Below are positions 53,909-61,687 of a stretch of DNA of 64,000 nt, piece after piece (positions within the stretch are counted from its first letter, which is position 1; every line of letters begins with the position of its first letter). The stretch covers positions 1 through 64,000 of the IMG/VR virus record IMGVR_UViG_3300033069_001193; one strand, written 5' to 3'. Under the pieces are notes generated by a model. That model was not told where the DNA came from. It saw nothing but the letters and a program-made list of their open reading frames with translations, and ran no database searches. The position numbers and the translations under genes were made by a program. This DNA comes from a virus. Taxonomy: Duplodnaviria; Caudoviricetes.

Positions 53909-54901
53909 ATGCCTGCCAAGATCAACCTCTCCGAAGAAACAGTTGATGAGATGTGCTCGCTGTTCCGAAGTGGGACTAGCATCCCAGAACTGATGCAGAA
54001 ATACGATCTGTCACGTAACAAAATCACCAAGACCCTTCGTGATGGCCTCGGCGACAAGTATAAAGAATGCGCCTTGCGAGTACTTGCCAGTACAGGCGCC
54101 AAAGGCGCGTCCAAACGCAGGGGCAAACCCAATCCACGCACGCCCGAGTGGAATGCCAAGATCGCTGCTAGCAATAAAGGTAAGCACCACACCGAAGAGA
54201 CGAAGCAAAAGATCAGTGAAGCAAGCCGGACACGTTTCGAGCGTGGCACTTGGTCCAAAGAAGGACACGCCGAGGCCATGCAGAAGGCCGCACAGACCAA
54301 ACGAGACAACGGTTACTTCAAGCTTCACTCACAGCGTCACTCTGAATGGATGAAGTTGTATGCTCCGATGCGTGGAAGGCATATGTCAGAAGAATCACGA
54401 CAAAAAATGCGTGATGCTAAACGAACTTTTTTTGACTGTGGTGGTGTGCCGTCTCAATTTGGCATCAAACGTACTCAAGAACAAAAACAGAAAATTGCTA
54501 CACACACCAAGCGCATGTGGGCCGAAGGTAAGTTCTCCTATGGAGATGGTTCAGTGATGCGCAGCAAGCTCGAAAAGCGAATCTTCGAGCAGATCCTTGC
54601 TGTTTTTCATGACGCTCAACACTCGCGGTGGCTGACGGTTGACGACACGACTTACGTCTTCGACGCTTACGTGCCATCACTGAAAACATTCGTCGAAGTA
54701 AATGGCGACTACTGGCACCTCAGCCCGCGCCTGTACGAAGCCTCGTACTTCGATGCCCACCGCGGCATCACCGCACAAGAAGTATGGGACCGCGATGAAA
54801 ACAAGCGAGCAGCGGCACGTTCATTGGGTTACAGAGTGGTGACAGTATGGGAAAGCGAGGCGTTGCAGTTCGATCCTGCGATCATCGTCCCAGGATCTTG
54901 A
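53909..54901 (+). CDS. NUMOD3-repeat Vsr/DUF559-like putative homing endonuclease
   Basis: KHHTEETKQKIS, RHMSEESRQKM; FDAYVP..VEVNGDYWH..VVTVWESE; lower GC. Confidence 0.82.
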   Translation: MPAKINLSEETVDEMCSLFRSGTSIPELMQKYDLSRNKITKTLRDGLGDKYKECALRVLASTGAKGASKRRGKPNPRTPEWNAKIAASNKGKHHTEETKQKISEASRTRFERGTWSKEGHAEAMQKAAQTKRDNGYFKLHSQRHSEWMKLYAPMRGRHMSEESRQKMRDAKRTFFDCGGVPSQFGIKRTQEQKQKIATHTKRMWAEGKFSYGDGSVMRSKLEKRIFEQILAVFHDAQHSRWLTVDDTTYVFDAYVPSLKTFVEVNGDYWHLSPRLYEASYFDAHRGITAQEVWDRDENKRAAARSLGYRVVTVWESEALQFDPAIIVPGS

Positions 54902-54946
54902 CAAGACACTGCAACGCCTCGCGACGCCCACCATCTGTTTTGACGA

Positions 54947-55321
54947 CTACTGACGATGTGAAGTGAACGGATTGATGTTTCCAGCGTTATAGTCGTCCAA
55001 AAGACGCTGATGCTCTCGTGCCTGTTGTTCCTCGTCTGCCTTGCGCTTGCTTGCATCGATTTGCGCGCGCAGGTGACGAACCCAACCGCCAAGCGCTCGA
55101 GCAGTCTCTTCCCAATCGCCTGGTTGCCAACTTCCTCCCGAAAGCTCATTGATAAATTGACGTTCCACTTCTACAGGCAACGAGTCTTGTACGTGATCGG
55201 GCGTCCAAACGTGGACAACAAAGCTGTCTCCGCGAGCAATGATGCGGTACTGACGGTCCTGAGACAGCCACAGCACTCGAAGATCGGGATTGTTGGTGGG
55301 AGAAACGAGGAGTTCAGACAT
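54947..55321 (-). CDS. Hypothetical protein
   Basis: 124-aa ORF between two plus-strand genes. Confidence 0.45.
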   Translation of the reverse strand: MSELLVSPTNNPDLRVLWLSQDRQYRIIARGDSFVVHVWTPDHVQDSLPVEVERQFINELSGGSWQPGDWEETARALGGWVRHLRAQIDASKRKADEEQQAREHQRLLDDYNAGNINPFTSHRQ

Positions 55322-55363
55322 ACTGCAAATGCTACTCCATCGAACAGAAGCAGTACACGTGCC

Positions 55364-55370
55364 TACTTAC
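55364..55370 (+). promoter_or_regulatory. TA-N-(T/G)-TA putative late promoter element (example)
   Basis: TACTTAC 5 nt upstream of ATG 55376. Confidence 0.55.
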
Positions 55371-55375
55371 CACCC

Positions 55376-56260
55376 ATGAGTGAGCGATTGTTGAGGGAAT
55401 ACATGTCACTCGTCATCGAAAAGATCAGGTCGAGGAAGACTCCTGGAGGCGAGACCTTCGACCTCAAGCGATTCAAATCGCTTGATGACATCAATGACAT
55501 GCACGACTACGCGGGCAAGTACCTTGACAAGCTGGGAACGGGGTCTTCCCGTGCTGCCTACCTGATGAGCGGGCGCTATGCCCTGAAGATCGCTCTCAAC
55601 AACAAGGGCATCGGACAGAACGAGGCCGAGCTTGACGTCTACACCAACCCAGCCACCAAGCGCATCATCGCCAAGATCTATGCAGCAGACGAGCGAGACA
55701 AGTGGCTCGTCGCCGACCTGGTAAAACCGGTCACCAGCGAGAAAGAGTTCGAAGAACTGGCGGGCGTCAGTTGGAAGGACTTCGGTAAGCAGGTCTACGA
55801 AGGCCTCAAGTTGCATGACGTCGACAATGCATCAGACTTTGCCAAGGCCGTCGTGGCTACGGCCCACAGCAATCGTCTGTTGTTGGGCGACCTGGTCGAC
55901 CAACTGAACAGCCCATTCAAGAGCGTCATCGACCACTGGGGCAAGACGCCTGACGGACGGATCGTATTGCTCGACTACGGGTTCACCGAAGACGTCGACA
56001 GGCAACACTACGCCCCAGAACGCGAGTTGCGACGTGCCGCCGCCGCACGTCCACAGGCTGTCGTTGCCCCCAGGCGTGGTGACAGCGTCGACAGCTTTGC
56101 TAAGACGAAGCGAAAGTCGGCTGGCGAAGAGGAAAAGCCAGCAGACAAGAGTGCGAGGACTGCGGCGCGAGTGCCCAAGGCGATTGCTGCGCGCGCCGCA
56201 GAAAAGTCACGGGTCCCAAGCGATGAAGAGTTGACCCGGACGCGAAAGGTGGGAGGCTAG
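55376..56260 (+). CDS. Protein kinase-like protein with shared N-terminal motif
   Basis: MSERLLREYMSLVIE; LGTGSSRAAY, ALKIA..QNEAE, GDL..HWG, LLDYG; TACTTAC 5 nt upstream. Confidence 0.7.
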   Translation: MSERLLREYMSLVIEKIRSRKTPGGETFDLKRFKSLDDINDMHDYAGKYLDKLGTGSSRAAYLMSGRYALKIALNNKGIGQNEAELDVYTNPATKRIIAKIYAADERDKWLVADLVKPVTSEKEFEELAGVSWKDFGKQVYEGLKLHDVDNASDFAKAVVATAHSNRLLLGDLVDQLNSPFKSVIDHWGKTPDGRIVLLDYGFTEDVDRQHYAPERELRRAAAARPQAVVAPRRGDSVDSFAKTKRKSAGEEEKPADKSARTAARVPKAIAARAAEKSRVPSDEELTRTRKVGG

Positions 56261-56556
56261 GCCGTCTCGTTGGGCGACGGCGTAGGTCGGGCCTCCCCGT
56301 TCTTCTGGGCTGCCCGTTCCTCAGCCTCCAGCGCAACCCACACCGCGAGTTCATCGACGAGGGTCTCTGCAGGAAGTTCCAGGTCGACCTCACTGAGGTT
56401 GAATGACATCCAGGTTTCGCCCTGCATCAGGGTCAGGATCAGGAAGCCGTCCTTGACAGTCAGGCTGTGGTGTTGGCACGACCTGGGCGACGGAAAGCGT
56501 TCCGTACACAGGTCGAGAAATTGCTTGGCGCCTCGTAGCATGAGGCAACCATACAC
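56257..56556 (-). CDS. Hypothetical protein
   Basis: 99-aa ORF convergent with kinase gene. Confidence 0.4.
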   Translation of the reverse strand: MYGCLMLRGAKQFLDLCTERFPSPRSCQHHSLTVKDGFLILTLMQGETWMSFNLSEVDLELPAETLVDELAVWVALEAEERAAQKNGEARPTPSPNETA

Positions 56557-56576
56557 CGTGTGATGTCGTTGTATTG

Positions 56577-57041
56577 TTAGCGGATTCCTGTTGAACCGTA
56601 CCCGCCTGAACCGCGTGCGGTGCCCGTCAGTTCGTTGACGAGTTGAAACTGGGCTCGGGTGACCGGAGCAAAGACCAGTTGAGCGATCCGCATGCCTTTG
56701 GTGACATGGAAGCTCGAGCCTGACTCACCTTCACTCATCACAAGGTTGGTGTTGAAGAGGAGGACCTTGAGTTCACCCCGGTAGTCCTCGTCGATCGTCC
56801 CGGGGGAATTGAGGACAGTGATGCCCTCTTTGAATGCCAGGCCCGAACGGGGACGGACCTGACACTCGTAACCGGGAGGCAACTGTACGTACAGTCCGGT
56901 CGACACCAGCCTTCGACCGCCCACCGGAATCCAGACGTCTTCGTCTGCGTGAACATCACAACCCGCCGCGCCGGCCGTCGCATAGACCGGATCTGGAACG
57001 TCAGGACGTGCTTTCTTCAGGGAGACGATGATGCTGCTCAT
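56577..57041 (-). CDS. dut: Trimeric dUTPase
   Basis: AAGCD, QVRPRSG, NSPGTIDEDYRGE, RIAQLV, RGSGGYGSTG. Confidence 0.95.
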   Translation of the reverse strand: MSSIIVSLKKARPDVPDPVYATAGAAGCDVHADEDVWIPVGGRRLVSTGLYVQLPPGYECQVRPRSGLAFKEGITVLNSPGTIDEDYRGELKVLLFNTNLVMSEGESGSSFHVTKGMRIAQLVFAPVTRAQFQLVNELTGTARGSGGYGSTGIR

Positions 57042-58267
57042 GTGGCCTCCGATGCGGCATCATCGTCCGTCGTGGGCGACTCACCTTCAGTGTGTGAGAC
57101 AGCGTCCCCCGAGACAGTGGTGTAGGCAGCCTCGATGATCTTGTCGACGAAGGGCTTGTACTGCGGGTCGTTCATGATCTTGCCGAAGTCGCTCTTGTAG
57201 AACTTCTTCTCAATGATGCTCTCTCCCGTGTCCTTGTCGGTCACTTCCAGCAGACGCCAGGCAGAAGTCCCGGAGATGTTAAGTTTCAGAATCTTGCCAT
57301 CGCCGTACGGGATGAAGACGTCATTGGTAGCGCAGTACGACCTGACCTCATCGAAGATGTACTCGTGTTCAACGATACCCTTGCCGAAGATGATGTCGAA
57401 CTCGTGCTTTCGGAAGGGCGGTGCCACCTTGTTCTTCTTGATCGTCATGATGACGTGGATGCCGATGATGTTCCCCTTGGCGTCCTTGACCTGAGTGCCC
57501 GACGTCAGACGTAGGCGGATCGTGGCGTGGTACGGGATGGCCTTGCCACCTGGGCTGACATCAGGGTCACCGTAGGTGACGCCGATCGCCGTCTTCAACT
57601 GGTTGAGGCACAGCAGCGTGACGTTGTTCTGACCGATGACACCTGTGATCTTTCTCATTCCCTTGCTGATGGTGCGAGCCTGCAGGCCGATGGTGTCCTT
57701 GTCGTACTCGCCTTCGAGTTCCGCCTTGGGACTCGTCGCGGCGACGGAATCCCAAATGGCCAAGACGGGCACGTCCTTGGTCCCGAGGAGCGTCTTGGCC
57801 TTCGTGACGACCTCCTCGATGATCTTGAAGACATTCTCGGTGCAGTGTTCATCGATGTAGACGAAGCCTTTGCGGATGTTGATGCCCATCTTGCTCAACT
57901 TGTCGATGGGCGTCGCGTTCTCAGTGTCGATGTAGACGACAATGCCACCCATCGCCTGAACGATGGCCGCGGCGTGGTAGGCCAGGTGCGACTTGCCGAT
58001 CGAGGGAGGACCTGCGATCTCGATGATCCTGCCTTCCGGATAGCCTCCCCCGGCCGCGTTTCGAATCGCGTAGTTGAGCTGGATGGAACCCGTGTCCAGC
58101 CATCTCTTGACAGCGGTCGGCGCCTCGGTCTCGGCCAGGTTGTAGGCGACCCGTACCCCGAACTCCTTGTTGATGTCCTTGATGAGGGACGAGGTCAACT
58201 CGTCGATCTCGTCCGGAGCACCGGTCTTCTGTTTGACAGGCGCATCTGCTTGCTGCTTCCTAGCCAT
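57038..58267 (-). CDS. recA: RecA/UvsX recombinase
   Basis: GRIIEIAGPPSIGKS, YIDTENA, WDSVAA, LNQL, PGGKAIPY, KNKVAPPF. Confidence 0.93.
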   Translation of the reverse strand: MARKQQADAPVKQKTGAPDEIDELTSSLIKDINKEFGVRVAYNLAETEAPTAVKRWLDTGSIQLNYAIRNAAGGGYPEGRIIEIAGPPSIGKSHLAYHAAAIVQAMGGIVVYIDTENATPIDKLSKMGINIRKGFVYIDEHCTENVFKIIEEVVTKAKTLLGTKDVPVLAIWDSVAATSPKAELEGEYDKDTIGLQARTISKGMRKITGVIGQNNVTLLCLNQLKTAIGVTYGDPDVSPGGKAIPYHATIRLRLTSGTQVKDAKGNIIGIHVIMTIKKNKVAPPFRKHEFDIIFGKGIVEHEYIFDEVRSYCATNDVFIPYGDGKILKLNISGTSAWRLLEVTDKDTGESIIEKKFYKSDFGKIMNDPQYKPFVDKIIEAAYTTVSGDAVSHTEGESPTTDDDAASEAT

Positions 58268-58364
58268 TCTTGTCCTCTCGCGTTCTGCGGTAGTGCAGTT
58301 ATCTCAATCCACGTGCTGACAGTGTTCAACTTTTGAAGTCACAGAACGCAGACAGCACATAGCA

Positions 58365-58394
58365 ACGCGGCACGGAATTTACCCCGTGCCGCGT
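58365..58394. terminator. 11-bp GC-rich hairpin downstream of the SSB gene
   Basis: acgcggcacgg-aatttacc-ccgtgccgcgt. Confidence 0.65.
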
Positions 58395-58420
58395 CATTGC
58401 GTCAGGTGAGCGTGTTCAGC

Positions 58421-59350
58421 TCACTCGTCGCCTTCTTCCATCAGCTCGTTGAAGGCATCATCGAGAGACTTTTTCTGAACAGGTGCCGCGTCCAGGTCGG
58501 CATCAGCAACGGGCTTCTTTGCTCGCTGCTTCCGGGCAGGTTCCTCTGTCTTCTCGACGGGCTTCTCGACAGCCTTGCCTTTGATGTCCTCAGCCAGGGC
58601 ATCAAGTGCGTCCTTCTTGCCTGACTCACCGCCGCGGCCCGAGCCTTCATCCTTGTTGCCGCTTTCATCGGCACCACCAGCGAGCCAGACGTTGAGGATC
58701 TGCTCGATCTCCTTCTCCGACTTGACGCTGTGAGCCAGCATGTCGTCAACGTTGGGCAGGTTGTCGAGCCACTTCTGCATGATCTTCGGATCATCGTGCA
58801 ATTTGGTCTGCTTCCGCGCCACGTCGAAGGTCCAGTCCATGACGGTCTTGCCCAGGAATTTCTTGGGCGACGGGGCGATGATGATCTCCAGGTCAAAGCC
58901 GTCGAGCGGGTCGGTGAAGTCACCGATCGATGCCTTCATGAAGAGTGACAGCAGCCGCTGCTCCTGGAAGGTGTTGAGAGACAGGACCTGTACGTCCTTG
59001 TCTTCCTCTCCGCGGACAACCACTGCAGCATAAGCTGCAAGCTTCGACTTCAACTTCTTGGCCAGCTCGCGGTCTTCTTGGTTCTTCGTCGAATAGAGCT
59101 TACGGATCAGGTCATAGACCGGGTCGGGCTTGCCGAACTGTGACGGGCACAGGAACCTCGGATTGTCGCCGAGGTAGTAAAACTTCCTTTCAATGAAAGG
59201 CATTCCGTCGACCACCTGCGACGGCTTCCACGGGATGATTCGAACCAAGTGCTCGCCCGGGCCGGGCTTCCAGAGCTGAACGTTGGACGTCCTCCGCTGC
59301 CCAGTCATCTCAGCCACACGCTTCCTGATCGCATCCAAGTTGATTGCCAT
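58421..59350 (-). CDS. Single-stranded DNA-binding protein (T4 gp32-like)
   Basis: MAINLDAIRKR, LWKP..VRIIP..PF, LCP..GKPDPV, IGDFTDP.DG.D, acidic C-tail LDDAFNELM. Confidence 0.82.
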   Translation of the reverse strand: MAINLDAIRKRVAEMTGQRRTSNVQLWKPGPGEHLVRIIPWKPSQVVDGMPFIERKFYYLGDNPRFLCPSQFGKPDPVYDLIRKLYSTKNQEDRELAKKLKSKLAAYAAVVVRGEEDKDVQVLSLNTFQEQRLLSLFMKASIGDFTDPLDGFDLEIIIAPSPKKFLGKTVMDWTFDVARKQTKLHDDPKIMQKWLDNLPNVDDMLAHSVKSEKEIEQILNVWLAGGADESGNKDEGSGRGGESGKKDALDALAEDIKGKAVEKPVEKTEEPARKQRAKKPVADADLDAAPVQKKSLDDAFNELMEEGDE

Positions 59351-59449
59351 GTTCCTCTGTCCTCTGTCCTCTGGAAACGGGATCACTCTCACCGCAGCAT
59401 TGCGGCTTGGCCAATCCTATCTCCTCGCCTTCTGTTGTTCAATCGAAGT

Positions 59450-59485
59450 GAAGAAAAGGCCCGGCTGCGTTCTGCCTGCCGGGCC
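59450..59485 (-). terminator. Rho-independent terminator
   Basis: ggcccggc/gccgggcc stem followed on minus strand by TTTTCTT. Confidence 0.7.
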
Positions 59486-59492
59486 CTCATCA

Positions 59493-59714
59493 CTACCTCT
59501 GTTGCGACTTCCGCTGCCCACCCAAGGGTCCCGTGTGTCCCATCACTGCCCCTCCGCCAACGCCACAGAACTCGTTGAAACCTTCTTCTGAAGGTTCGTC
59601 TGACTCGTTGCCCGCTTCTTCGCCGCCGTCCACTGGTAGGAGCTGGTTCGGAACCCGCGCCTGTGATTCTCGCACCGCTAGCCTAATGTAGGTAGCGAGC
59701 AATTCCTTGCTCAT
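59493..59714 (-). CDS. Small acidic protein with shared N-terminal motif
   Basis: MSKELLATYIRLAVRE; TACTTAC 4 nt upstream; own terminator. Confidence 0.65.
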   Translation of the reverse strand: MSKELLATYIRLAVRESQARVPNQLLPVDGGEEAGNESDEPSEEGFNEFCGVGGGAVMGHTGPLGGQRKSQQR

Positions 59715-59718
59715 GCCA

Positions 59719-59725
59719 GTAAGTA
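59719..59725 (-). promoter_or_regulatory. TA-N-(T/G)-TA putative late promoter element (example)
   Basis: TACTTAC 4 nt upstream of ATG 59714. Confidence 0.55.
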
Positions 59726-59765
59726 TGCCGCCGCGAGGCTTGGATGCGATCCACTTAGTTCGTGG

Positions 59766-60383
59766 TCATTCCTTTTCGGCCGGCCAGACGTTGGAGCCCT
59801 TCTCATCCATCGTCGATACGTAATCAGCCGTCATCACGCCGTAGACGAGAGGCGACACCTTTAGGCAATATGCCCTGTTGGGTTCCCAGACGAAGCCGTC
59901 ATTGCAGCGGATCGCCAGCCACTCCTCCGCCGTCAGCTTGACACCGTAGTGTTGCATGATGAAAACGCTGCGATCAGGTGTCGTCAGGTACTGCAGGTCG
60001 TTGTTGTAAGCGTAGACCTCACCCTTGGAGCGCTTCCAGCTGTCGCTCTGCTCGACATAGAAGTCAAGGCCGCGATCCTTGCCCGGCAGGCCCACCTTGC
60101 CCACATCGTGAAACAGAGCCGATAGGATCATGCTCTGCTTGGACAGGTTCCAACCGAAGGCCGAGTTAAGTGAGACCAAGCGGTTGAGGACCCGCAGGCT
60201 GTGGTCGACCAGGCCACCTGGAAAGGCACCGTGGTATTCAAGACGGGCGGAGGCCGGGCACGTCGCCAAGCGCTCGTCCATTTCCTCGAGCAGTCCCTTG
60301 ACTGCTGTCGTCCGATCACCCAGCTTTCCGCATAGGCTCTCGAATTTGTTCCAGTTCCTTTCGATCTCTTCGGGCGTCAGCAT
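59766..60383 (-). CDS. HD-domain phosphohydrolase
   Basis: YHGAFPGGLVDHSLRV, ALFHDVGK, AIRCNDG, TADY. Confidence 0.85.
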   Translation of the reverse strand: MLTPEEIERNWNKFESLCGKLGDRTTAVKGLLEEMDERLATCPASARLEYHGAFPGGLVDHSLRVLNRLVSLNSAFGWNLSKQSMILSALFHDVGKVGLPGKDRGLDFYVEQSDSWKRSKGEVYAYNNDLQYLTTPDRSVFIMQHYGVKLTAEEWLAIRCNDGFVWEPNRAYCLKVSPLVYGVMTADYVSTMDEKGSNVWPAEKE

Positions 60384-60444
60384 GTCTCTTCTGCCTCCGG
60401 GCTATTGTCGCTTGACAGAAGCTACCTTGTAACGGTGCGACTGT

Positions 60445-61650
60445 TCAACTGCTCACCTTCTCAAGGCGCAGAATGAACTTTTGTACGTATCCTGGCACTT
60501 TCACATGGGTGATGGCTGCGACTGCTGGCATATCGTCCTCGTGAACGTCCAAGATGATCGCATCGTGCAGCAGGAAAACAGGCCGAACACGAGGTGCCTC
60601 AGTCGCAAGTCGGTCGACCACCTGCCTGAAACCGAGCATCGTCACGTCAACGCCCGTAGACTGACCGTAGTAGGCGATGAAGATGTGATCCAACGGCTCG
60701 TCGACTTCGACTGGGCGACCGTAACGGTTGCTGATCTTTCCCGTCGCCACGAACTGGGCCTTAATGCGGGCCAACAACTCCTTGGTGTTGAAGTACGCCT
60801 GTACCGTGCTGATGAATGCATCAAGTTCGGGACCTGAGATTCCGAGCCGCTGACCCAAGGCCCACTTGCTGCTACCGTACAACAGGCTGAGAACAGCAGT
60901 CTTCACCGCATTCCTGTCGTGACCAATCTCGCCTGCGATTGTCCCGTAGAGGTCAACTTCTTCACAACGCCTTCCGTGTTCATAGAGCAGGATGCGTGCC
61001 TCCAAGGCCGCAAAGTCGAGAGCGACAATGCTGCCACGTTCACCAAAGGCAGATCGCATCAGGCTGCGATGCTTCTTCTTCAGCGTTAGGATCTGCGGGC
61101 CCGACCTGACCGTCAATCGACCCGTCAAGGTTCGAAATCGGTCGTAGTCGACCTCACGGGCCAGGCCGTCATCGTCAGGTTGAAATGACCGCGTCGCGGC
61201 AACGTTACCCTCTCCCACGTCCACTAGCCGCTGCCAGGTCCCTGCATCAACCCTGCACCTGTTCAGTGACCGGAAGATGCCGTTTCCGGGCACCCAGACC
61301 GTCCTGTAATAATCGAGCGGGGCTGTGGCCATGGCCACAGCCACCTCACTTGTCAGTCTTTTCGTGAAGGCAAGGTGGGCCCAACGCGGCATCACTCGTT
61401 GCCACGGCACGGAATGGTCACCCATCAATAGTGACATCTCCTTGACGAAGGACGCCGGCGGCAACAGATGCGGCACGTTACCTCCCAAGCGCAAGGCAGT
61501 ATCTAGGCACCAGTCGCTGTCATCCTTTGTCTGGCCCGACAGGTGCCAAGTGTCCTTGGGCAGCCGGGAGGCCCACCCAAAGGAATTGTCGTCAGCGACC
61601 AGGTGTTCCTTGGTGCCGATCAACCGGCGATCGATGCAGAAGCGGGGCAC
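60445..61650 (-). CDS. Family A DNA polymerase, polymerase domain only
   Basis: TGRL, motif A LDFAALEARIL, motif B VKTAVLSLLYG, QSTGVD, motif C LHDAI; no recognisable exonuclease domains. Confidence 0.85.
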   Translation of the reverse strand: MPRFCIDRRLIGTKEHLVADDNSFGWASRLPKDTWHLSGQTKDDSDWCLDTALRLGGNVPHLLPPASFVKEMSLLMGDHSVPWQRVMPRWAHLAFTKRLTSEVAVAMATAPLDYYRTVWVPGNGIFRSLNRCRVDAGTWQRLVDVGEGNVAATRSFQPDDDGLAREVDYDRFRTLTGRLTVRSGPQILTLKKKHRSLMRSAFGERGSIVALDFAALEARILLYEHGRRCEEVDLYGTIAGEIGHDRNAVKTAVLSLLYGSSKWALGQRLGISGPELDAFISTVQAYFNTKELLARIKAQFVATGKISNRYGRPVEVDEPLDHIFIAYYGQSTGVDVTMLGFRQVVDRLATEAPRVRPVFLLHDAIILDVHEDDMPAVAAITHVKVPGYVQKFILRLEKVSS

Positions 61651-61687
61651 CCCTTCATCATACTGCCTGCCGGCCCACCTCTACATC

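Noticed and set aside
48809-58267. Inteins in NrdJ, helicase or RecA
   Set aside because: Lengths are normal and no C...HN-C/S/T intein blocks are present.
10042-58336. Long antisense ORFs (e.g. 10042-11073+, 16181-16942+, 27062-27847+, 32665-33597+, 41375-42139+, 57527-58336+)
   Set aside because: Shadow frames expected from GC3-rich codon usage on the opposite strand; no motifs and they fully overlap confident genes.
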